The notes under the pieces were generated by a model, which had not been told where the DNA came from, did no database searches, and saw only the letters and a list, made by a program, of their open reading frames with translations. DNA of 64,000 nucleotides from an uncultured Clostridia bacterium (lineage in GTDB: Bacteria > Bacillota > Clostridia > Christensenellales > CAG-314), in NCBI GenBank assembly GCA_944364615.1, contig CALVWF010000005.1, positions 76,311 through 140,310 of the forward strand. Reading direction: 5' to 3'. This document shows, in pieces, positions 1 to 8,248 of this stretch. A program made the translations under genes and the position numbers. The number at the start of each line of letters is the position of its first letter. The first letter of the stretch is position 1.

Positions 1-281
1 GTGACAGAGGGAGTGAGTTTTCCTGCTGGAGAGATATAGAAAAAGCCTTAAACTGCGATATGTACTTCGCTGATCCGTATTGTGCATGGCAGAAAGGAAC
101 GAATGAGAATCTGAACGGACTGCTCCGGGAATTTTATCCGAAAGGAAGAAACCTATCGAGAGTGAGTCCCGCAACCCTGAAAAAGAACCTGGCGTTAATT
201 AACGCCAGGCCTAAGAAAGTTTTGCACTACCAAATTCCACAAGATTTGTTCATTGAAAATCTCTCTTTGTGTTGCACTTGA
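1..281 (+). mobile_element. IS30-family transposase, C-terminal part only (frame open to left window edge)
   Basis: Frame 3 is open from nt 3 to the stop at 279-281. The translation DRGSEFSCWRDIEKALNCDMYFADPYCAWQKGTNENLNGLLREFYPKG matches the conserved tail of the IS30 DDE domain (D-x-G-x-EF ... ADPY-x-x-WQKG-x-NEN-x-NGLLR-x-F/Y-PKG). No terminal inverted repeat could be assigned by eye. Confidence 0.8.
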
Positions 282-303
282 TTTGACAATTCATCTGGTA
301 AAA

Positions 304-1398
304 TCAGCGTCGGCACTCGACTATTATCAAAGGCAACAGCATTTCCTTTTCCGTAAGAGCGGCGTGATGTCCCTTAAACAACATATGTTCGGGACTGAAT
401 ACAAACTGCTTTTCGTTGTCTTTCATTACCAGTATGTAATCGCCAAGCATTTTCAGGCGGTCTGTATACGGACCGAAAAAATTTTCTTTTACCATGTCGG
501 AGACGGCAAACAGCATTGCGTCCTCTTCGTATTTCTTTACTGCGTCTAAAAATTTGTCTTTGTCTTTTACTCTGAATGCTGCCGCCCGCAATTCAAGATA
601 AAAGGGCGTAAGCACAGAATCCTGCAACTGCTTGTCTTCGTACAATCTGATATATCCGCTAATATCTGTCTGACCGTGGTCAGGCGTAATGATCAGTACC
701 GTATCGGTCAGACTGTCTGCAAGTTGCTCAACCTTGTTGTTTATTGTGTTGATGATTTTTCGCGCTTCTGCGCTCGTCACTCCGTAATCGTGCATTACGG
801 AATCGGGCAATCCGCAGTAACAGAAAACAAAGTTTTTGCCCGCTCTGCATGTTGCTTGCTCAACGCCAACGAACAACCCGTCGATGTCGTTGTAAACAAT
901 GTTTCCCGACTGCCTTTTTACGTAAGGCGGATTTACGGTAGTTACATTATATCCTTTGCCCTTGTCGTAAAAACAATTAAACGACACGTATTTTTCCGCG
1001 TCGGGCGAACAAATCCGCCCTCCCGTGTAGGAATCTTTAAACGAATACAGATCCAAACACCGTCCTACACTGTCGAAGTACAGACTCCATCCGAACATTC
1101 CGTGCTGAGACGGATACGTCGCACTGTGCAATGTCGTTGTCGCGTTTGTCGTGGTAGAGGGAAATACGGATGTGATTTTACCGACAATGTGCCGTCTTAA
1201 AAAACTGTCTTCGGGAAGATTTTGTTCAAGCGGATAAATACCCATTCCGTCAAAACAGATGTACACGACGTTTCGGTAACCCTTGTCGAGCACTTCTTGC
1301 AACGAACGTATCTTGGGAATATCGTTTTCGTTACCTAAAAAGCCGCTTAAAGTCGCGCTTACATTCAGTATTGAATTGTTCCAGTCAGGTTTTATCAT
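304..1398 (-). CDS. alkaline-phosphatase-superfamily protein (type I phosphodiesterase / nucleotide pyrophosphatase-like)
   Basis: 364-aa ORF with VYICFDGMG, a SVFPSTTTNATTTL nucleophile/metal segment and ITPDHGQ, the motif set of AlkP-superfamily metalloenzymes. No signal peptide seen. Confidence 0.6.
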   Translation of the reverse strand: MIKPDWNNSILNVSATLSGFLGNENDIPKIRSLQEVLDKGYRNVVYICFDGMGIYPLEQNLPEDSFLRRHIVGKITSVFPSTTTNATTTLHSATYPSQHGMFGWSLYFDSVGRCLDLYSFKDSYTGGRICSPDAEKYVSFNCFYDKGKGYNVTTVNPPYVKRQSGNIVYNDIDGLFVGVEQATCRAGKNFVFCYCGLPDSVMHDYGVTSAEARKIINTINNKVEQLADSLTDTVLIITPDHGQTDISGYIRLYEDKQLQDSVLTPFYLELRAAAFRVKDKDKFLDAVKKYEEDAMLFAVSDMVKENFFGPYTDRLKMLGDYILVMKDNEKQFVFSPEHMLFKGHHAALTEKEMLLPLIIVECRR

Positions 1399-1494
1399 TT
1401 TACCACCTCTTCGAAAAGTTTTTAAAGCGCTCGACGTTTGCCGACATTGACAACCTGACGCTTGTCAACGTATAACGTCTGAACTGTACGATAT

Positions 1495-2487
1495 TCAGAA
1501 AAACAACCAGAACGATCCGTACAGCAACAGCAATGCGGCAAAAATAACGCCTGCAATTATATTATTTTTATAGGGACGTTGTTTATTTTTAAGTACAATT
1601 CCCAGCACAATCGACGCAACGGGAACAGGCAATGTAAAATATAACACCCAAGTGTAATCGACAAACTCAAAGCCACTGACTTGGACAAATGCAAGCACCG
1701 CAGACATTATTCCCATTCCGATAAACAGCGACAGCAACGTAGCAATGAACAGCACTGTGCCGGCAACGCCCAAGCCGTCAGTCATACGTCTGTGCGAAAC
1801 CTTGATATTCGGTCGGTTGAGCAACGATAAAAACGGACAGCCCAACGGCAAACTGTTTCTGTTTACCATAAATGTCAGACCTTGCGATTGTACCAGATAT
1901 ACGTTGTCGATACAATAAATGCGGATAATGTCGTTGTAGCGGACTGCCTTGAACAAATCGGGTTTATTGTTGTGGTAAACTTTGAGGTGCAAACGGTCGT
2001 CAAGAAATTCGATCTTGTACGCCACTTCATTGCATCTGGATTTCATTTTGTCAAAAGTCTTCTTTATATTTAACGTATAAAACAACATGAATAAAAAAGC
2101 CGTTACTGCCATGCCGAAGATGGCACCTGCCGAGTTGTCGGCATTTGTCGATATAGAAACCAATGCCATCAGTGCGAACAAACCTAACGCCGCAGTCACT
2201 AATGACATAGGAGCAACAGACGCGCATTTTACTTTTTGTATTTCACGACTGTCGAAAGAGTATATGATTTCGCTGTTTTTTTCTTCGATATTTCCGTCGG
2301 ACATCAACTCGTCGGTTGAAACGGAAAAAATGGCGGCAAGTCTTTTGATGTTGTCTACCGTCGGAACAGTGATATCTTTTTCCCACATGCTGACCGATTG
2401 CCTGCTTACCGACAGTTGATTGCCCAGTTCCTCCTGAGAAATATTGCTCTTTTTTCTGTAATACTGTATTTTTTCGCCAAGAGTCAT
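1495..2487 (-). CDS. membrane-bound XRE-family helix-turn-helix protein
   Basis: The N-terminal 60 aa are a classic Cro/XRE HTH (SQEELGNQLSVSRQSVSMWEKD...ELM). Several hydrophobic helices follow, split by a soluble insert. An RBS-like AAAGGGGGA lies upstream. Confidence 0.75.
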   Translation of the reverse strand: MTLGEKIQYYRKKSNISQEELGNQLSVSRQSVSMWEKDITVPTVDNIKRLAAIFSVSTDELMSDGNIEEKNSEIIYSFDSREIQKVKCASVAPMSLVTAALGLFALMALVSISTNADNSAGAIFGMAVTAFLFMLFYTLNIKKTFDKMKSRCNEVAYKIEFLDDRLHLKVYHNNKPDLFKAVRYNDIIRIYCIDNVYLVQSQGLTFMVNRNSLPLGCPFLSLLNRPNIKVSHRRMTDGLGVAGTVLFIATLLSLFIGMGIMSAVLAFVQVSGFEFVDYTWVLYFTLPVPVASIVLGIVLKNKQRPYKNNIIAGVIFAALLLLYGSFWLFF

Positions 2488-2994
2488 AATTTATCCCCCT
2501 TTCCGATACTAAAAATATAACACAAACCGAATAAAATTAAAAGCATATTTTACTTGATTGTGTCAAGCAGTACTTGCTTTGTGCTTAAAGTCGTAAAAAG
2601 CGACTGTTTGCAACGATAAATGCAAATAGAGACATATCAATTTAAATACATATGCGCCATATCCGTTGCGGAAAACAAAAACACATGTTTTTAAGTAATA
2701 CCAAAATACATAAACGCTTTAAAAACTTATAAAAAAACGTTGGTGAAACAAACGGAAGTCAATGCCCACGTATATAGTTAAAAAAGCGTCACTTTCAGCT
2801 TAGAGTTTTAAAACAGAAAATGTCCTTCTGTTTTTTACGGTGCGTTACGGCAGTTCACTTGTTGAAACCGCACATGCTGAAATTACCTCTGATTAAAATG
2901 GAATTGTCCTGTTCGTACTTTAATTAAACCGTATTATGACTTCGCACCACACTAAAAGCAAAAAAAACTCCCGTTTACATAAACGGGAGTTACA

Positions 2995-3014
2995 GGTTGC
3001 GGGGATGGGATTTG
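2995..3014 (-). other. orphan 20-nt copy of the 3' end of the tRNA-fMet gene
   Basis: ggttgcggggatgggatttg at 2995-3014 is identical to 3238-3257 (T-arm/acceptor 3' strand of the tRNA at 3237-3314). Each copy is followed on the minus strand by its own hairpin plus T-run. Confidence 0.7.
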
Positions 3015-3236
3015 TAAGGAACGCAGTGACGGCATAGCGTCTTGCATACAGACCAATGACGTCTGCCCTGTACTCTTGTCAAGCGCGTCACCTCATGACG
3101 CTTTTCTTTAAACAACTTCTTTCTTTCTGCACTGTTGCACGTAAGGACAATGTCTTACCGAAATACATCCTGCAATACTACAACGTCAAATCCTCTGTCA
3201 ACGCAAAAAAAAGACAAGTCCTTCGACTTGTCTTAT

Positions 3237-3314
3237 TGGTTGCGGGGATGGGATTTGAACCTCATGACCTTCGGGTTATGAGCCCGATGAGCTACCTGGC
3301 TGCTCTACCCCGCG
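3237..3314 (-). tRNA. initiator tRNA-fMet (anticodon CAU)
   Basis: The reverse complement reads CGCGGGGTAGAGCAGCCAGGTAGCTCATCGGGCTCATAACCCGAAGGTCATGAGGTTCAAATCCCATCCCCGCAACCA. It shows a cloverleaf, a CTCATAA anticodon loop, three G-C pairs closing the anticodon stem and a C1:A72 mismatch, the hallmarks of bacterial initiator tRNA. CCA is encoded. Confidence 0.93.
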
Positions 3315-3454
3315 ATATCAAGCACCGCTTTCCGCCGATGCTCATATATAATACCACTTTAAAATTTATTTGTCAAGTGTTTTGTCATTTTTAATCGACA
3401 AATCAGGTATATGTTTATTTTAAACACTTCAAGACTTGCCACCGTTACCAAAAA

Positions 3455-4009
3455 TTACTTCCATACCTTTTTTACCGCGTATGCGGCAACGGACAAACAT
3501 CCCGTCATTACCTTGTCGTACAGCGGAATGACTGCATTTACTATCAAAGCAACTACCAATATCAGATAGTTTGAAGTAAGTTTCTCAAATACGGCGGGAG
3601 TAAACAGGTAACACGCTCCGAAAGTCAACGCAAGACAGACTTCGCAAAGAGCGTAGTATATCACCCACCTCCACACCTTGGGAATACGGTATTTTACAAC
3701 ACAGTCCGTCACGGTTCTGTATTCGCCGTAAACCTTGACAAGAGCAAACGGCATTGCAAAAACTGCGATAGGCAACACGTATAATATGTTCCCCACTCCT
3801 AAAAATACTCCGAGCACTGCGCTTGCAACGTAACACAGCAGACTGTACAATCCGTTTTTCGCGTCTACAAGCAAAGGTACGCTGACGGCGCACGCGGAAA
3901 TAACGCCCAACATAAACGACAACCACGTTACGTAGTTGGCAAGAAATATCGAAAGTAGTGACACGGCGCTGCAAATTCCGCTCAGTGCCACAAGTCTTGC
4001 TCTTGACAT
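3455..4009 (-). CDS. polytopic membrane protein, function unknown (last gene of the trpS-DUF5685-J-like operon)
   Basis: 184-aa ORF, almost entirely hydrophobic helices (about 5-6 TM). Its start lies 1 nt downstream of the stop of the preceding gene. Confidence 0.6.
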   Translation of the reverse strand: MSRARLVALSGICSAVSLLSIFLANYVTWLSFMLGVISACAVSVPLLVDAKNGLYSLLCYVASAVLGVFLGVGNILYVLPIAVFAMPFALVKVYGEYRTVTDCVVKYRIPKVWRWVIYYALCEVCLALTFGACYLFTPAVFEKLTSNYLILVVALIVNAVIPLYDKVMTGCLSVAAYAVKKVWK

Positions 4010-4010
4010 A

Positions 4011-4625
4011 TCAGCAACCGCTCATACAACTCATGCAGTTGCAACAGGCGTTACACAGCAGACAGTCCATACAGGCATTGCCAGTGCACGTTCCGTTTCC
4101 TGCGCCGGCAGGCATGCCCTGATCCATAGGACGCTCGGTTGTGCGCAACTGATCGGGGTTGACCTTGTCTGACGCCAACAGTTTGGTGAGTTTTTCCATG
4201 CTGTCGGTATAGCGTTTGTTGTGAGGTTCCATCTGAACGGCGTATTCAAGTTGTTTCTTACTTTCCAAAAACCAATTGCGTTTGTAAAATACAATCGATT
4301 GCTGGTAATGCCATTCGGCATCGCGGTTGGAAATCTTGTCCAACAAAGACTGCGCTTCGTCAAGACGATTTTCCTTGGTGCATTGCTGGATGTATTCGTA
4401 GGTTACCGCAGTATCGCCGGAATTACTTCCGTCGGCGAATTGCTGACAGATATCACGGTACGCCATTTCCAGTTGCTGAAGTTTTTCCGCCGCTTCTTCC
4501 CCTTCGTCGCCTTCCTTGTACCTGTCGTTGACGTATTTGGAACGCAACTCATTGTAGCGTTGGTCAACTTCTTCCTTGGTGGCAGTCGATGGCAATCCCA
4601 GTATTTCAAAAGCGTTGTATCCCAT
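4011..4625 (-). CDS. J-domain-like protein with degenerate HPD motif and C-terminal cysteine string
   Basis: The N-terminus FEILGLPSTATKEEVDQRYNELRSKYVNDR aligns to the DnaJ J-domain, but HPD is replaced by VND. The central region is helical and TPR-like. The last 25 aa, CTGNACMDCLLCNACCNCMSCMSGC, contain 9 Cys. Confidence 0.75.
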   Translation of the reverse strand: MGYNAFEILGLPSTATKEEVDQRYNELRSKYVNDRYKEGDEGEEAAEKLQQLEMAYRDICQQFADGSNSGDTAVTYEYIQQCTKENRLDEAQSLLDKISNRDAEWHYQQSIVFYKRNWFLESKKQLEYAVQMEPHNKRYTDSMEKLTKLLASDKVNPDQLRTTERPMDQGMPAGAGNGTCTGNACMDCLLCNACCNCMSCMSGC

Positions 4626-4629
4626 TTGG

Positions 4630-5478
4630 TTACTCCTTGTATTTATCTAAAACTTCTTTTGTCTTTTGTCGAATAAAGCCGTAAATCACGTTGTTTAACA
4701 GACATCTGTACTTAGTCAGGTTGAGATCGTTGTAGCACGACGCTATTTTATTCAGGACTGCGTACATAATGAATGTGATTTCTTCGAGATTTTCTTTTAT
4801 TACATCGGTACTGTTGCCGTTGTAGTATTGCAAAAAGGCATTGTAGTTGTGACTTCCGATGTCTTTAGCGACATCGTCCAGTGCGTCGATAAGGTATATC
4901 CACTTACCTATATTGTAACAAAGATCGTACAAAAATTCGTTGCACTTTTCCCCCATCACCATCTTGGCAAGTTGTGCGGACAGATTGGCAAAGTGATGAC
5001 ACACTGCGTCAAGGTTGTCCGTCGAACGCTGTTCCGCTTCACGCAAGCGGTTGTAATTGTCGTTTAACATCCGAGCAACTTCTTTCCACTTGTTTTCGGC
5101 AATACGGTAACTGCGTCTGAAAAATTTCAATGCCGTTTTCTTTTTTAAAGAACCGCCGTCCTGAACGTCGTCGAGAATGTTTAAGTACACCAACATTATA
5201 TTGGCAACGGCAAGTTTGTCGGTAATGTCCGTCATTTTTAAAATAGTACGTTTGCGAAATGGATGAGCCACGCAACGCTGACGCAGTATTTCGACGTCTT
5301 CTTCAGCAACGCTGTGAAACAGCACGTTGAAAAAGTTGATGTCGTAATTTACCGTCATGCGTGCTATGTCGGGAAAAAACTTCTTGGTGGACATACACAG
5401 ACCGCACATAAAAGTCTGATAAAGTCCCCTTTCGCCCTCCGTCAGTTTGTCCTTTTGTATGTTGACGTAACCGAACAT
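4630..5478 (-). CDS. DUF5685-family protein
   Basis: The N-terminus MFGYVNIQKDKLTEGERGLYQTFMCGLCMS is the signature I recognise for DUF5685 (MFGYV...Y..F.CGLC). The gene sits 4 nt downstream of the trpS stop and 4 nt upstream of the J-like gene. Confidence 0.65.
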   Translation of the reverse strand: MFGYVNIQKDKLTEGERGLYQTFMCGLCMSTKKFFPDIARMTVNYDINFFNVLFHSVAEEDVEILRQRCVAHPFRKRTILKMTDITDKLAVANIMLVYLNILDDVQDGGSLKKKTALKFFRRSYRIAENKWKEVARMLNDNYNRLREAEQRSTDNLDAVCHHFANLSAQLAKMVMGEKCNEFLYDLCYNIGKWIYLIDALDDVAKDIGSHNYNAFLQYYNGNSTDVIKENLEEITFIMYAVLNKIASCYNDLNLTKYRCLLNNVIYGFIRQKTKEVLDKYKE

Positions 5479-5481
5479 CTG

Positions 5482-6483
5482 TTATCCTCTGGGCAAGAAC
5501 CCTATCTTACGATACACCTTGGCAACGGTTTTAGACGCAATACTTTCGGCGCGTTCTGCCCCCTGTCTGAGAATGTCGGTAAGATACTGTTTGTCTTCAA
5601 GCAACTCTGCCTGACGTTGTCTTATCGGTGCAAGAGCGGAAATAACCGCATCGGCAACGGCGTCCTTGAAAACACCGTAACCCAGACCGTCAAACTGCTT
5701 TTCGGCGTCGGCAACGGAAACGCCGCTGCACAACGAGTAAATTGTCAGAAGATTGCTTATTGCAGGTTTGTCTTCGGCAAAACGCACTTCCATTCCTGAA
5801 TCGGTTACTGCGCGACGCAACTTACGGCGAATGGTTTCGTCATCGTCCAGCATGGAAATAAATCCGTTGACATTTTCATCCGACTTGCTCATTTTCGCAA
5901 GAGGATTTTGCAGGCTCATTATTTTGGCGCCCAACTTTGGTATAAATCCTTCCGGCACAACGAATGTCGGAGAATATCTGTTGTTGAATCTTTCCGCGAG
6001 ATTTCTGGCAAGTTCGAGATGTTGAGTCTGATCCTTGCCGATAGGAACAAGATCCGTTCCGTACAGCAGAATGTCCGCTGCCATAAGTACCGGATAATTC
6101 ATCAGTCCCATGTTGAGGTTGTCCGCATGCTTGGCACTTTTATCCTTGAACTGCGTCATACGGTTGAGTTCGCCTATATAACACATTGTGTCGAGAACCC
6201 ATGCAAGTTCGGCGTGAGCGGGGACGTGAGATTGTACGAACACCGTGCTTTTTTCGGGAGATATACCGCTGGCAAGATACAATGCCAACAGACTCATTGC
6301 GTTTTTGCGCAGTTGTGCAGGCTCCTGCCTGATAGTAATAGAATGAAGATCCACAATGCAGTAAATACAATCGTATTCGTCCTGCAACGGAATCCAGTTG
6401 CGCAACGCCCCGAGATAATTGCCCAAAGTAATTGTACCCGTGGGCTGTATTCCGCTAAACACCGTTTTCTTGACCTTTTCCAT
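5482..6483 (-). CDS. trpS: tryptophan--tRNA ligase
   Basis: 333 aa with class I aaRS signatures: GIQPTGTITLGNYLG (HIGH-equivalent) and KMSKSD (KMSKS). The overall TrpRS pattern is present (CIVDLHSIT, VPIGKDQTQHLEL). Confidence 0.95.
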   Translation of the reverse strand: MEKVKKTVFSGIQPTGTITLGNYLGALRNWIPLQDEYDCIYCIVDLHSITIRQEPAQLRKNAMSLLALYLASGISPEKSTVFVQSHVPAHAELAWVLDTMCYIGELNRMTQFKDKSAKHADNLNMGLMNYPVLMAADILLYGTDLVPIGKDQTQHLELARNLAERFNNRYSPTFVVPEGFIPKLGAKIMSLQNPLAKMSKSDENVNGFISMLDDDETIRRKLRRAVTDSGMEVRFAEDKPAISNLLTIYSLCSGVSVADAEKQFDGLGYGVFKDAVADAVISALAPIRQRQAELLEDKQYLTDILRQGAERAESIASKTVAKVYRKIGFLPRG

Positions 6484-6545
6484 AATATTATACCTTCAAA
6501 TCAATTGATATTTTACAGCAGTTTGTTTAAAACAACTTGAATAAT

Positions 6546-6574
6546 ATTTTAACACGACGTTAAACAAGTGTCAA
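6546..6574 (-). promoter_or_regulatory. sigma-A-type promoter of the trpS operon
   Basis: The minus strand reads TTGACA (6574-6569), a 17-nt spacer, then TAAAAT (6551-6546), about 60 nt upstream of the trpS start. Confidence 0.6.
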
Positions 6575-6590
6575 ACATTAGCAGTATTTG

Positions 6591-6623
6591 AAAAAAAACA
6601 GGGAACACATACAGCGTTCCCTG
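6591..6623 (-). terminator. rho-independent terminator after the P-loop gene
   Basis: The minus strand reads cagggaac-gctgtatgt-gttccctg followed by TTTTTTTT. Confidence 0.75.
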
Positions 6624-6641
6624 TCCACAACAAGATTTATG

Positions 6642-7052
6642 TTACTTGATAAACTTCTTTACGAACGGAGGCAACTTTTCCAGTGCGCAACTTGCCGTAA
6701 TTACGAAATCGACATTGTACTTTTCGGAAATTTCTTCGATACCGCTGTACACCTTTTCCATTTGGTCGATGGGTACGCCGACAATCTTCGCCATACCGTC
6801 GATCAGTATCTTTTCGATATCGAAATTAGTGGCAAGCATTCCCTTTATAAACGCAATGAGGCAATCCTGCGTTTCTATTCCGTAAGACTTGGCATCTACC
6901 AGTCTGATGGGTCTGTCAAGGTCGTGCATACGGTTGGTGTCTTTGTCGATGTACACCACTATACCCTTAGCCGTTTTAGCCGATTCGTTGGCATTGTCAA
7001 CAATCTGCTTGGTTTTTCCTGCGCCTTTTTCGCCGTAAATAATCTTTATCAA
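6642..7052 (-). CDS. small P-loop NTPase, function unknown
   Basis: 136 aa with a TTG start preceded by AAGGGGGA. Walker A motif GEKGAGKT at residues 7-14. Confidence 0.6.
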   Translation of the reverse strand: MIKIIYGEKGAGKTKQIVDNANESAKTAKGIVVYIDKDTNRMHDLDRPIRLVDAKSYGIETQDCLIAFIKGMLATNFDIEKILIDGMAKIVGVPIDQMEKVYSGIEEISEKYNVDFVITASCALEKLPPFVKKFIK

Positions 7053-7180
7053 TTGAGTAATCCCCCTTTTGATGGTTTTATTTAATTACCTTTATTTTAT
7101 ACGAATTGCAATAAATTTTCAATAGTTTTGTATAATTTTATAAAATATTTTTATCAGTTACGACTTCGCTCGCATTGACT

Positions 7181-8245
7181 TCACTCCGCCTGCAACTTGG
7201 CTGTCTGGTCGGCAAGTCTCAACGCTTCCACCATCTGTTCTATGTCACCGTTCATAAAATTTTCAATGTTGTACAGCGTAAGCCCTATACGGTGGTCTGT
7301 AACTCTTCCCTGAGGAAAATTGTAGGTGCGTATGCGTTCGCTTCGGTCGCCCGTTCCTACCTGATTTTTTCGTTGCTGAGCGTATTCCTTGTCCTGCTGT
7401 GTGCGGAAGTGGTCGTACAACTTGCTTTTAAGAATGTTCATTGCCTTTTCGCGATTTTTAATCTGACTGCGTTCGTCCTGGCAGTTGACTACTATGCCTG
7501 TGGGCAAATGCGTGATGCGAATGGCACTTTCCGTTTTGTTGACGTGCTGTCCGCCCGCTCCCGACGAACGGTAGGTGTCTATCTTGAGATCTTTTTCGTC
7601 AATGGTTATGTCCACGTCCTTTACTTCCGGCAACACCGCAACGGTAATGGTACTGGTGTGTATTCGTCCCTGCGATTCCGTATCGGGCACACGCTGTACA
7701 CGGTGAACACCGCTTTCGAACTTGAACTTACTGTAAGCGCCTTTGCCCACTACCATGAACACTGCTTCTTTAAGTCCGCCCAATTCGCTTTCGTTTATGT
7801 CCGTTTCCTCTATTTTCCAATGATTTTTCTCCGCAAACATATAGTACATACGTCGGATTTCATTGGCAAAAAGAGCCGCTTCTTCTCCACCCGCTCCCGC
7901 GCGTATTTCTATTATTACGTTTTTGTCGTCGTTGGGATCTTTGGGCAACAGAAGCAACTTCAACTTTTCTTCCAGTTGTTCTTTTTCCTTCTTGCAGCGG
8001 GAAATTTCCGAATGTATCATTTCCAGCATTTCTCTGTCCGTTTCCGTTTCAGCCATTGAAAGATTTTCTTCCAGATCGGAATTCACCTTTTTGTACGCAA
8101 GATAACAGTCGCGTATTTCCTGCAGACCGCTGTGTTCCTTGACCAGTTTCTGCCACTGCTGATTGTCTGCAATGATTTCGGGACGGGAGATCTGTTCCGT
8201 CAGATATTCGTATCTTTCCACTATGTTCTGCAATTTGTCAAACAT
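7181..8245 (-). CDS. prfA: peptide chain release factor 1
   Basis: 354 aa with the GGQ motif (SGAGGQHVNKTESAIRITHLPTG) and the RF1-type PxT-region context. It sits immediately downstream of the PrmC-encoding gene. Confidence 0.95.
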   Translation of the reverse strand: MFDKLQNIVERYEYLTEQISRPEIIADNQQWQKLVKEHSGLQEIRDCYLAYKKVNSDLEENLSMAETETDREMLEMIHSEISRCKKEKEQLEEKLKLLLLPKDPNDDKNVIIEIRAGAGGEEAALFANEIRRMYYMFAEKNHWKIEETDINESELGGLKEAVFMVVGKGAYSKFKFESGVHRVQRVPDTESQGRIHTSTITVAVLPEVKDVDITIDEKDLKIDTYRSSGAGGQHVNKTESAIRITHLPTGIVVNCQDERSQIKNREKAMNILKSKLYDHFRTQQDKEYAQQRKNQVGTGDRSERIRTYNFPQGRVTDHRIGLTLYNIENFMNGDIEQMVEALRLADQTAKLQAE

Positions 8246-8248
8246 ATT

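Noticed and set aside
304-1398. The alkaline-phosphatase-fold protein as PglZ of a BREX/DISARM-type defence system, given its position next to an IS element.
   Set aside because: At 364 aa it is far shorter than PglZ proteins. No BREX partners (PglX methyltransferase, BrxC, BrxL) are nearby. The neighbours are an HTH membrane protein and a tRNA.
3056-3394. A 112-aa plus-strand ORF.
   Set aside because: It overlaps the tRNA-fMet gene antisense and the spacer between the tRNA-end repeats. It has no RBS or motifs.
6484-6641. An expected T-box leader upstream of trpS.
   Set aside because: The region is too short. It contains only a promoter and the terminator of the upstream gene, with no AGAGA / GGUGNRA / T-box sequence.
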